Assembly (NCBI GenBank): GCA_900234795.1
Contig: LT962688.1
Location: 4,920,001-4,952,000 of the forward strand
Source: Methylorubrum extorquens
Lineage (GTDB): Bacteria > Pseudomonadota > Alphaproteobacteria > Rhizobiales > Beijerinckiaceae
DNA: 32,000 bases
Reading direction: 5' to 3'
Of the stretch, positions 9,956-18,676 are shown one piece after another; the stretch's first letter is position 1; every line of letters begins with the position of its first letter. The notes under the pieces are model-generated. The model had not been told where the DNA came from. It saw only the letters and a list, made by a program, of their open reading frames with translations, and made no database searches. The position numbers were made by a program, and so were the translations under genes.

Positions 9956-10860
9956 GGGTTGGGGCCGGCATGAGCCCCAGCTTAGCACCGACGCTTCCCC
10001 GCGAAGCCGCCCTGCGTCATCTCGTCCGGACCTTCGAAGAGGCCGGCCTACCGAACGCGCGTTCGGACGCGCGCTTCCTCCTGCTGCACACCCTCTCGCT
10101 CACCCCCCTCGGCCTCACGCTGCGCGGGCGCGAACCGCTCGGTGCGGCCGGGGCGGAGGCGCTCCGGCAGGCGGCCGAGCGGCGGCTCGCGGGCGAGCCG
10201 GTGGCGCGGATCCTCGGCGCCTGGGAGTTCTGGGGGCTGTCCTTCGCCCTCGGCCCGGAAACGCTGGTGCCGCGGCCCGACACGGAGAGCGTCGTGGAGA
10301 CGGCACTCCGCCTGTTGCCGGAGCGCGAGCGGCCGCTGCGCCTGATCGATCTCGGCACCGGCTCCGGCTGCATCCTCGTGGCTCTGCTACACGAGCGGCC
10401 GGGCGCGCTCGGCATCGGCCTCGACCGGTCGGCGGCGGCGCTGGCGATCGCCCGCCGGAACGCGGCGGCGAACGGTGTCGCCGATCGGGCCGCCTTCCTG
10501 TGCGGCTCCTGGCTCGATGCGCTGGAGGGGCCATTCGACCTCATCGTCTCGAACCCGCCCTACATCGCCGCCCCCGTCATCGCGACGCTCGAACCGGAGG
10601 TTCGCCTGCACGATCCGCAGGCGGCCCTCGACGGAGGAGCCGACGGCCTCGACGCCTACCGGGCGATTCTCGCGGATGTCGCGCGGCGGCCGGGTCTGCT
10701 CTCGGCGCAGGGCGCGCTCGTGCTGGAGATCGGCTACGATCAAGCAAATGCCCTGACCCGTCTCGCGCAGGAGGCGGGATTCGAGGATATCGGCGTCGGC
10801 CGGGATCTCGCGGGCAACGACCGGGTCGTCACGCTTCGGCCATCCTTGGCGGGCAGGTGA
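9952..10860 (+). CDS. prmC: Release-factor glutamine N5-methyltransferase PrmC (HemK)
   Basis: The GTG at 9952 overlaps the prfA stop (GTGA); the ATG at 9970 is an alternative start. [12 protein letters not shown] motif and IVSNPPYI catalytic motif. Confidence 0.9.
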
Positions 10861-11020
10861 CGGATCGAGGAAGCGGATTTCGCGCCGGGCCGCGACGCGA
10901 ATGGCCGATAAACCTGCACAATTCCGGCATAAGCCGCCTTGGCCACGAAAAAATGCTTGTTGTCGAGGGCGTCAGTCACTAGCTTAGAGATGCAGGCCGC
11001 CAATGGTCCGTTGAGCGTCT

Positions 11021-11092
11021 CTCACAAAACTCCCGCTGCGCCCCACAGGCCAAAGGGAGCTCCCGAGAACCGGGAGTTTTGTGAGGCACTCT
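11021..11092 (+). repeat. Long hairpin whose 3' arm carries the GAGTTTTGTGAGGCACTCT box (repeat family, locus A)
   Basis: CTCACAAAACTCCCG (11021-11035) is the perfect reverse complement of CGGGAGTTTTGTGAG (11071-11085). The 35-nt loop contains the palindrome GGGAGCTCCC (11055-11064). The box at 11074-11092 is 19/19 identical to the reverse complement of 23282-23300. Confidence 0.7.
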
Positions 11093-11384
11093 TTTAAACG
11101 GTATCGGCAGGATCGGTTTTGACCGCGTCCTCCGGCTTCGGACGGTCTTCCCATCATCGAGCGGACGCGCTCCGGCAGTCGCGGCTAGGCTCGGTGATAT
11201 CGAACCTGACAGTCGAGGGATGTCTCGCGGCGCGCCAAAACCGAGCGCAGCCACCAGACGAGCGGCAAACATCGCGGAATGAAGCGCGGTCGGGCGCCTT
11301 GCGCCCGGCTCGCCCTGTCCGCGAGCCAAGCTCCAGCACTGTCAGTCACGCTGAGCGACAGGTAACGAGGGTCAATCGAGGCCG

Positions 11385-12692
11385 ATGAGACCAAACCAGA
11401 ATCGACGGATGCGGGGTCGCAATCGGCCCAAGGGTCCGAATCCGCTGACGCGCTCTTACGAGTCGAACGGTCCCGACGTCAAAATCCGCGGCACCGCTCA
11501 GCATATCGCCGACAAGTACGCACAGTTGGCGCGCGACGCCCTTGCGAGCGGCGATCCGGTGGCTGCCGAGAACTACTTCCAGCACGGCGAGCACTATTTC
11601 CGGATCATCACCGGCGCTCAGGAGCCCGGCCGTCCGCAGGTCACGCAGGGCTATGCCCGCAACGGCTTCGACGAGGACGAGGAAGGCGACGACGAGACCG
11701 TTCAGGGCCAGGGCGCCGAGGGCGGTCGCCAGGGGCTCGGCTACGGCACCGACGAGTACGGCGACCCGACGCAGCAGCCGCAGCCGTTCGAGCGTCACGA
11801 CTTCGACGGCCGTCCCCAGCGCAACGACCGGAACCAGCGCTTCCAGCCCCGCGAACAGGGCCGGGACCGCAACGATCGCAACGACCGGGGTCAGCGCTTC
11901 GAGGGCAACCGGCCGGATTACAACCGCGGCGAGCCGCGGCAGGACTTCCGTCAGGATCGCCAAGATCGACCTGATCGCCAAGACCGGCCTGACCGCCAAG
12001 ACCGGCAGGATCGGCCCGAGCGTCAGGATCGTCAGGACTATCCCCGTCAGGACGGCCCGCGGCAGGATTACCGCCAGGACCGGCGTCAGGATTACCGGCA
12101 GGATTTCGGGCAGCAGCCCCAAGACGGCCGTGAGAATCAGGGCCGGGACAATCAAAGTCGTGAATTCCAGGGCCGTGAGCCGCAGGGTCGCGAGAACCGT
12201 CGTGACGCCGGCCGCTTCGAGAACGGTCGCAACGAGTCGCCCGAGGCCCCGCGTCAGGAGCCTCGCCAGGAATCGCGCCAAGAGCCTCGGCAAGAACCTC
12301 GGCAAGAACCTCGGCAAGAGCCGCGTCAGGACACCCGCGCCGAGCCTGCGGCCCGGCCCGAGACGCCCCAGCGCCCCGACAGCCCGGCGCCGCGGCGTGG
12401 ACGCGGACGTGCGAGCGAAGCCAGCCGCGCCGCCGCGGCCGAGGCTGCCGATCCGTCGGCGCTGCCCGCCTTCCTGATGACGGCGACCCGCAACCCCACG
12501 CCCCCGCCGTCCCCCGAAGCACCGGTTGCGCGCGCCGCGCCGGAGCCGCGCGAGGCGGCCCCCGGCCCCGAAGTGCCATCATCGGCCGAGGACGCGCCGG
12601 CGCCCAAGCCGCGCCGCCGCCGGACCCGCTACAAGGGCCCCGAGGACGAGGCGGCTCCCGAGAAGACCGATACGCCGGACGCGGCCGAGTAA
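11385..12692 (+). CDS. DUF4167-domain protein with a long R/Q/D/E/P-rich repetitive C-terminal region
   Basis: The N-terminus MRPNQNRRMRGRNRPKGPNPLTRSYESNGPDVKIRGTAQHIADKYAQLARDA..AENYFQHGEHYFRI is the conserved DUF4167 region as I recall it. The rest is low complexity. Confidence 0.8.
   Translation: MRPNQNRRMRGRNRPKGPNPLTRSYESNGPDVKIRGTAQHIADKYAQLARDALASGDPVAAENYFQHGEHYFRIITGAQEPGRPQVTQGYARNGFDEDEEGDDETVQGQGAEGGRQGLGYGTDEYGDPTQQPQPFERHDFDGRPQRNDRNQRFQPREQGRDRNDRNDRGQRFEGNRPDYNRGEPRQDFRQDRQDRPDRQDRPDRQDRQDRPERQDRQDYPRQDGPRQDYRQDRRQDYRQDFGQQPQDGRENQGRDNQSREFQGREPQGRENRRDAGRFENGRNESPEAPRQEPRQESRQEPRQEPRQEPRQEPRQDTRAEPAARPETPQRPDSPAPRRGRGRASEASRAAAAEAADPSALPAFLMTATRNPTPPPSPEAPVARAAPEPREAAPGPEVPSSAEDAPAPKPRRRRTRYKGPEDEAAPEKTDTPDAAE
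11937..12205 (+). repeat. Degenerate in-frame short tandem repeats encoding (R-Q-D-R-P-D)-like units
   Basis: cgccaagatcgacctgat / cgccaagaccggcctgac / cgccaagaccggcaggat and similar units. Translation: RQDRQDRPDRQDRPDRQDRQDRPERQDRQDYPRQD... The boundaries are approximate. Confidence 0.7.
12249..12332 (+). repeat. Seven tandem 12-nt in-frame units encoding (P/S)RQ(E/D)
   Basis: ccgcgtcaggag cctcgccaggaa tcgcgccaagag cctcggcaagaa cctcggcaagaa cctcggcaagag ccgcgtcaggac. Two adjacent units are identical. Confidence 0.85.
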
Positions 12693-12703
12693 GCGAACCG
12701 AAC

Positions 12704-12743
12704 GAAAGCGGCCCGAGGAACTCCTCGGGCCGCTTTCGTTTGG
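12704..12743. terminator. Bidirectional intrinsic terminator between the convergent DUF4167 gene and flgL
   Basis: GAAAGCGGCCCGAGG (12704-18), loop AACT, CCTCGGGCCGCTTTC (12723-37), then GTTTGG. The stem is a perfect 15 bp, with A/T-rich flanks on both sides. Confidence 0.8.
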
Positions 12744-12791
12744 CGCCTGCACCAGGGCGGCGCGGGCTGAGCGATGCGCGTCCCGCTTGGA

Positions 12792-14585
12792 TCAGCGGAG
12801 ATAGTTGACGAGGCTCATCTCAGAGAGGATCGAGGTGACCTTGTAGCTCGCCTGCAACTGCGTCTGCAGGCTCAGGAGCTTGGCCGCGACCTCTTCCGTC
12901 GAGACCGTATCCACCCCGTCGAGGGAGTCCTGCAGGGTCGCCTTGGTGGTGTTGGCCACCGACTTCGCATTGGCCATGCTGCTGGCGGCCAGGCCGAAAT
13001 CGGTGCCGATCTGCTCCAGGCTCTGCTGGCTCGTGCCCGCTGTGAGCAGATTCGCCGCCCGGCTGGAGACCGCCTCGAACCGTGCCGTGTCGACCGTTCC
13101 GGTCCCGGTGGTGAAGTTTTCCGCCGCCATCGCGGCGATCCCGGCAAGCGTCCGGCGGATCGCCTCCTCGTTGGCCTGCGCGCCGATCTCGACCGTCCGG
13201 CTAGTGCCGGCCTGCACCGTCGCCGTCGCTCGCGGGTCAGAAGCGGTGTCGCCCTTGTACCAGATCACGGTCTTGGCGCTCGCGGTCTCAGCGTAGCCGT
13301 TGCCGTCCGCCGCGACGCGCCGCGGGCTCAGGCCGGCGGCGGGCGAGCCCTCGAAGAAGTTCAGCGAGGCGCGGCCGGCCGAACTCGCCGAGAGTTCGGT
13401 GTTGGCCGCCGTCGTCAGGGCGTTCTGGAGCGTGCGGGAGAGGTTCGCGGTCGTCTCCTCCGGCGTCGCGCCGATGGCGAAGGCCGTCGCGGAGTCGGCC
13501 GCGGCCGTGGCAGCGGCGGTCAGGGTGATCGACTTGGTCGTGCCGTCATGCATGCCGAGCTTGAGCGTGATCGTGTCGCCGGGTGCGGGATTGCTGCTGA
13601 CGGTCAGGGTCGCCGTGGCCGCCTGGCCGTTGCTGAAGGCCGCCGCCACGCCGGGCGGGCTCGCACTCTGCACGCTGGCGATGTCGGCCCCGCCGAGCGC
13701 CCGCTTCAGGTTCGCAGCGGTCTCTTCCTTGGTGGCTCCGATGGAGAAGGCTCCGGCCGCATTGCCGGCCTCGCCCGCACGGGCGGTGAGGTCGAGGGTC
13801 GTCTGGCTGCCGTCGGCGAGTTGCACCACCACCCGCACCTGAGCGCCTTCGGCAGGCTGCTCGGCAAAGCGCAAGGCGACGTCCGGCTTCGACCCGGCGA
13901 CGACGTTCGCACCGAGCGTGGCACTGTTCGAACTCGACGCGGCCATGAGGGTGAAGCCGAAATTCGCCCGTGCTTCGGCGCTGGAATCCTCCGACAGGCC
14001 GATCGTCCGGGTGCCGACGCTCTGGGTCAGGCGGCCATTGCCCGAGGGGCCGAGATCGGCCTTCTTCTGCTCGGCGATCAGGGTTCTGAGACCGTCGAGG
14101 CCCTCGGCCGGGATACCATCCAGGATGACTTGGTCGGAGACGACCGGCGCCGTCTCGGTCGCCCGCCCCGAGAAGACGTAGACCCCGGCCGCCTGCTGGT
14201 TCAGGGCATCGACGGCCGCCGAGAGGTTGTTGGCGGCAAGCTGCACGGTGGCCGACGGCAGCTTCTCGTTGCGGGTGGCGACGATGCCGGTGAGGTTCGA
14301 GCGGGTGCTGTCGGAGAGCGCCTTGAGCTGGGTGAGGCTGGCGCTCGTGAGCTTCACCCGGGTCTCGGCCGAGCCGATCGCCGCGAGGTAGCCGTCCTGG
14401 GCGCTGATCGCCGCGTGCGCGCTCAGACTGGTCGTGCGCGCCACGCCCAGGCCGCCATAGGTTTCGGCGGTGCGGCCGGTCGAGAGCTGCTGAGCCAGCC
14501 CGTCGAGCTGGTTCTTCATGCTGACGAGGCTCGCCGACTGGCGGTCGAAGCGGTAGGTGCCGGCGGCGAAAGCGGTGATGGTCAT
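12792..14585 (-). CDS. flgL: Flagellar hook-associated protein 3 / flagellin-family protein FlgL (long form, 597 aa)
   Basis: The N-terminus MTITAFAAGTYRFDRQSASLVSMKNQLDGLAQQLSTGR and C-terminus EEVAAKLLSLQTQLQASYKVTSILSEMSLVNYLR are flagellin-type terminal helices. It sits immediately downstream of flgK. Confidence 0.8.
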   Translation of the reverse strand: MTITAFAAGTYRFDRQSASLVSMKNQLDGLAQQLSTGRTAETYGGLGVARTTSLSAHAAISAQDGYLAAIGSAETRVKLTSASLTQLKALSDSTRSNLTGIVATRNEKLPSATVQLAANNLSAAVDALNQQAAGVYVFSGRATETAPVVSDQVILDGIPAEGLDGLRTLIAEQKKADLGPSGNGRLTQSVGTRTIGLSEDSSAEARANFGFTLMAASSSNSATLGANVVAGSKPDVALRFAEQPAEGAQVRVVVQLADGSQTTLDLTARAGEAGNAAGAFSIGATKEETAANLKRALGGADIASVQSASPPGVAAAFSNGQAATATLTVSSNPAPGDTITLKLGMHDGTTKSITLTAAATAAADSATAFAIGATPEETTANLSRTLQNALTTAANTELSASSAGRASLNFFEGSPAAGLSPRRVAADGNGYAETASAKTVIWYKGDTASDPRATATVQAGTSRTVEIGAQANEEAIRRTLAGIAAMAAENFTTGTGTVDTARFEAVSSRAANLLTAGTSQQSLEQIGTDFGLAASSMANAKSVANTTKATLQDSLDGVDTVSTEEVAAKLLSLQTQLQASYKVTSILSEMSLVNYLR

Positions 14586-14599
14586 CGGCGGCTCCGCAC

Positions 14600-16504
14600 C
14601 TAAATCCTGAGCAGGGTGTCGATCATGTCGCGAGCGGCGGTGAGCACGCGGGCGTTGGCCGCGTAGGCCTGCTGGAGCGCGATCAGGTTCGACATCTCCT
14701 CGTCGATGTTGACGCCCGAGGCGGAGGCGAAGCGCCCCCTGCGCCGTCGAGAGGGCGATGCTCTGCCCCCTCGTCGAGATCCTGCGCCGCCGCCGCCGCC
14801 GCGCCCTGTACCGAGATGACGCCCTGGACGAAGTCGGCGACGCTCGACCGGGTCGGGGCGTCGATGCCGCTGATGCCGCTCGATGACGAGAAGAGGCGCT
14901 GGGTGCTCGTCAATGCGGTGAAGAGGGCCTGCGGCCGGGTTCCGTCGCCGATGCCGCTCGCCGCGCCCGTCCCGGTGACGCCGACGAGGCTCGCGGCGCT
15001 GCCGACCACCGCCGGGTTCACGGCGATACGCTGGGCAAAGCCGGTGAGCTGCGAGCCGCCGTCGAAGGAGCCGGTGTAGAGCGCAGCCGACGCGCCGTCG
15101 ACGAACAGCGGGATCTGCGTGGCGGAGCTCTTGATGTCGCCCGCCGCGGTGACCTGCGTCACGCTGGCGCTCGCCGCGACCAGGGTGGCCCCGCCGCTCG
15201 AGAGAGGATGCGCATCGCGCCGGCCTCGCCGCCGGGCACGCTCGACACCGTGTACCCGCCGCCCAGAGCCGCGGTGATCGCGCTGCGGACCTCGTCCGCG
15301 GTGCGGGCGGGGACCGCATCCGGCCGCCGGATCGTGAACGGGATCACCGTGGCGTTCGCGTCGTCGGTGGCGCCGGCGGGAATGGCGGGGGGCGGATTCT
15401 GGTAGGACGGCATCAGGATGAGGTTGCGCTGCGTGCCGCTCCCGTCCTGGACCGTCAGGGTGATGGCGTTGCCGGCCGAGAGACCAGTCAGGTCGATGTC
15501 GAAGCCCCCCGTGGTGCCGTCGGTGGGGACCGTGCCGGTGGCCAGACGGTCGGACATCGCGCGCGACAGCCCCGCCGCGAGGTCGTCGAGCTGGCGCTGG
15601 GCCTGAGGCAGCACCGTATCGCGCAGTTCGATCGCGGCGGCGAGCGAGCCGGAGCGGATCGCCCCGGAGCCGAGCAGGTCGATCTTGCCGCCGCCGGGCG
15701 TCGACGCGACGATGGTGCCGACGCCGCTCTGCGACGGGTCGGAGGCGTAGAGCGCGTTGGCCGAGAGAGCGTGCCGCGGGCATCGAAGCGGAGCGAGGCG
15801 GCGTTGGAGCGGTCGAGCAGGGTGACGCCGGAGCTGGTCAGCACGCTCACGCTGCCGTCGCTCTGAGGAACGGCGTTGATGTCGATGAGGCCCGACAGGC
15901 TGGTCAGCGCCTGGTCGCGCTGATCCTCGAGTTCGGGCCGGCTCGCGTCGCCGGACGCGGTCGCGACGATGCGGGTGTTGAGCTTGGCCAGTTGCGCGAG
16001 TAGGCCGCTGGCCTTCTCGGTATCGGTGGCGAGTTGCGATTCCAGCCCCGAGCGCAGGGCCTGAACCCCGTTGGCGGCGCTGCCGATGCGCGTGGCGAGG
16101 TCGTTGGCCGCGCTGAGCACCGTGGCCCGCGCGGCTGTCGATGTCGGGTTGGCGGCCAGGGTCTGAAGCGAGAGCGTGAAGTTGTTGAACACCCCGTCGA
16201 GCGCCGAGGCGTCTCCGGGCCGCCCGTACAGCGTGTCGAGCTGCGTGCGGGTCTTGGACATCAGCGAGGTGTAGGCCGCCCCCGAGCTCTCGGCGCGCAG
16301 CTGCTTGAGCGCTGCTGCGTCGAGCGCCCGCGCGACCGTGCCGGTCGCCACGCCGGCATTCCCCGAGCCCGAGGTGATGGGCGCGAGCGTGCGCCGGACA
16401 TAGCCGGCCGTGCCGACATTGGCGATGTTCTGCGAGACGACCCCGATCTGAGCCTGCGTGACCCGCAGGCCGGCGGTGGCCGTGCTGAACGCGTCGAGGG
16501 CCAA
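14600..16504 (-). pseudogene. flgK: Flagellar hook-associated protein 1 FlgK, reading frame broken four times
   Basis: TTG at 16504 after GGGAGGAG. The N-terminal part is MALDAFSTATAGLRVTQAQIGVVSQNIANVGTAGYVRR and the C-terminal part is SGVNIDEEMSNLIALQQAYAANARVLTAARDMIDTLLRI. The sensible sequence hops frames near 15762-15764, near 15199-15202, at 14766-14770 and at 14735-14739. Confidence 0.85.
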
Positions 16505-16530
16505 GGCGCTTCTCCTCCCTCAGGGGTTCG

Positions 16531-17913
16531 TCAGCGGATGACGTTCAGCAGATCGGAGATCATCGTCTGCGCCGTCGACATCACCCGGGTGTTGGCAGAG
16601 TAGGCCTGTTGGGTAACGATCATCTTCGAAAATTCCGCGGCAATGTCCGTATTCGACTGCTCGACATTCGCCCCGACCACGGTCGAATCCTTGAGCCCGA
16701 CGATCGGCTCGCCCGAGGCGACGGTCTGTTGGTAATTGCCCAGCGAATCCGGCTTCAGCCCGTCGGGATTGACGAACTGCGCCACCTCGACCCGGGCCAG
16801 CCCGATCACCGAGCCGTTGGAATACTTGCCGCTGATGATGCCGTTCTCGCCGACTTCGACGGAGTTCAACGTGCCGGAGGCGTAGCCGTTCTGCTTGAGG
16901 TCGTTGGTCGTCACGGTGCCGGAGGCGGCGGCGTACTGCGTGAGGCCCCCGCTGAGATCGAGGGTGACCTCGCCGACATTCACGCCGTCGACGGTCAGAT
17001 TGCTGATCGGAACCGTCTTCCCGGTCGGGGCGGTCATCTGCCCGCTGGGGCTGAAGGTGAAGGCCTGGCCGATATTGGTCCAGCTCGCCTGGTTGCCGTT
17101 GACGCTGGTCTTGTCGGCGGTGAAGAGGTTCCAGGTGTCGCTCGTGCCAGCCGCGGTGTCGGCGGCGGCCACCTTCGCCCACCGGCTCTGAACGCTCACG
17201 GGGGCGCCGGAGGCGGTGTAGACGGTCAGGGCCGGGCCGGCGATGCTGTTGTCGATGAAGCTTTGCGCATTGGTCTGGGAGACGCTGCCGGTGGTGGCGC
17301 CGTTGGTCGGCGTCACCCGCGCGTCGGTCCCGTCGCTGAAGGCGGAGAGCAGGCCCTGCGTCGAGGCGGCGTTGGTCGTGGCGGGGGATTTGGGCAGGTT
17401 GGCCGAGTAGGTGATCGTCGTCGTCGGCTTGGCCGGGATGACCGCGTTCGAGATCTTGATCGGCCCCGTTCCGTTGGTCTGACCGGTGACCGGGTCGAGG
17501 CTCGCGCCGACGAGGTAGGCGCCCGCGGTGTTGACGAGGTAACCGTCCTTGTCCGGGGCGAAATCGCCGCGGCGCGTATAGAGGTTTCCGGCGGTGAAGC
17601 CCTCGCCGCCGCCGGCATCGGTGGTCTTCTTGCGCACGGCGAAGAAGCCCTGGCCGTCGATCGCCATATTGGTGGAGACGCCGGTCGAGACCTTGTTGCC
17701 CTGGATCGAGTTGGTGAGCTCCGAGAAGGCGCCGACCGAACCCGCGGTCTGGCTCTTCGCGTCGCCGTCGACGAGCATGTCGACGAAGCTCGTGTCGATG
17801 CGCTTGTAGCCGGTCGTCTGCGAGTTCGCGATGTTGCCCGAAATGTTGCTCAACGAGAAGGACTGCGCCTTCAGGCCCGAAACCGCGGTCTGAAGCGCGG
17901 AAAAGACGTCCAT
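16531..17913 (-). CDS. flgE: Flagellar hook protein FlgE
   Basis: ATG at 17913 (MDVFSALQTAVSGLKAQSFSLSNISGNIANSQTTGYKR). C-terminus NVEQSNTDIAAEFSKMIVTQQAYSANTRVMSTAQTMISDLLNVIR. Intact. Confidence 0.9.
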   Translation of the reverse strand: MDVFSALQTAVSGLKAQSFSLSNISGNIANSQTTGYKRIDTSFVDMLVDGDAKSQTAGSVGAFSELTNSIQGNKVSTGVSTNMAIDGQGFFAVRKKTTDAGGGEGFTAGNLYTRRGDFAPDKDGYLVNTAGAYLVGASLDPVTGQTNGTGPIKISNAVIPAKPTTTITYSANLPKSPATTNAASTQGLLSAFSDGTDARVTPTNGATTGSVSQTNAQSFIDNSIAGPALTVYTASGAPVSVQSRWAKVAAADTAAGTSDTWNLFTADKTSVNGNQASWTNIGQAFTFSPSGQMTAPTGKTVPISNLTVDGVNVGEVTLDLSGGLTQYAAASGTVTTNDLKQNGYASGTLNSVEVGENGIISGKYSNGSVIGLARVEVAQFVNPDGLKPDSLGNYQQTVASGEPIVGLKDSTVVGANVEQSNTDIAAEFSKMIVTQQAYSANTRVMSTAQTMISDLLNVIR

Positions 17914-18147
17914 GGCGTTCGCTCGCTCCAAAAGACCGCAAGAAGCGGCGGATCTGAAGATCGAGAGCGCAACGCGCGTGCCAAAGCTAAGTTATTGATA
18001 TCATTAGAATGGGCTTGCCGCGGCTCGGCAGTTTCGGACGGGTGGGTACGGACCGTTCGGCAGATTCTGCCGGGTCCAGCCGTGTTTACGGCCCGTTATC
18101 GCCATGCCCGCTAATGTAGCTGCGAGTTGTCGCGTCGGACGGGATTC

Positions 18148-18615
18148 ATGAAGAACAAGAGGACGAGCCTCGTCCACCTGATCTACTTCTCACGCCTGAC
18201 CATCTCGAACGAGCCGGCTCTGCGCGCGAAGCAGATCGGCGACATCACCCGTCAGGCTCAGAAGAAGAACGAGTTCGCCGTGATCACGAGCTTTCTGATC
18301 ATCGACCAGAATTTCGCGATCCAGGTCGTCGAGGGCGAACGCCAGTCGGTCAACGAGACCTTCCAGCGGATTGCCGCCGATTCGCGCCACCGCGACGTGC
18401 AGATCGTCGAGTGGCGCGAAATCGCCAAGCGGGAGTTCGTCAGCTCCTTCACCACCGTGAGCCGCACGGCGGCCAACGAGCCGCATTTCGCCAAATCCGG
18501 CCTTCTGCCGATGCTGCAACGGGGCACGCCCAAGAGCAGCGCGATCCACGGCCTGGCCGTCACGCTCCAAGCCGAATCGATGGCCAAGCAGGGCATCGAC
18601 CATCTGTTCGTTTGA
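18148..18615 (+). CDS. Short BLUF-domain (blue-light sensing using FAD) protein
   Basis: LVHLIYFSRL (Tyr), KKNEFAVITSFL, FAIQVVEG (Gln) and VNETFQRIAADSRHRDV follow the BLUF pattern. ATG at 18148, with an in-frame TTG at 18127. About 50 aa of C-terminal extension. Confidence 0.75.
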   Translation: MKNKRTSLVHLIYFSRLTISNEPALRAKQIGDITRQAQKKNEFAVITSFLIIDQNFAIQVVEGERQSVNETFQRIAADSRHRDVQIVEWREIAKREFVSSFTTVSRTAANEPHFAKSGLLPMLQRGTPKSSAIHGLAVTLQAESMAKQGIDHLFV

Positions 18616-18676
18616 GTGGGTGGGCTGCCTCCAGCCCGCCTTTCAGAGATCCCGTTGAGACGCGACCCCGGACGCC

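Noticed and set aside
11081-11100. The GGCAC inside the GTGAGGCACTC box read as a sigma-54 -24 element (TGGCAC-N5-TTGC).
   Set aside because: None of the four copies has a conserved TTGC/GC element at the -12 distance. The sequence downstream of the box differs at every locus.
14600-16504. Programmed ribosomal frameshifting as the explanation for the flgK frame changes.
   Set aside because: Four separate shifts in both directions, with no known slippery heptamer or stimulatory-structure pattern, are far more consistent with indels, whether real or assembly errors.
17985-18010. A CtrA box (TTAA-N7-TTAAC) in the flagellar promoter region, and TTAA strings after the box at 11094 and 19393.
   Set aside because: No pair of TTAA half-sites has 7-nt spacing. 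Only isolated half-site-like strings occur.
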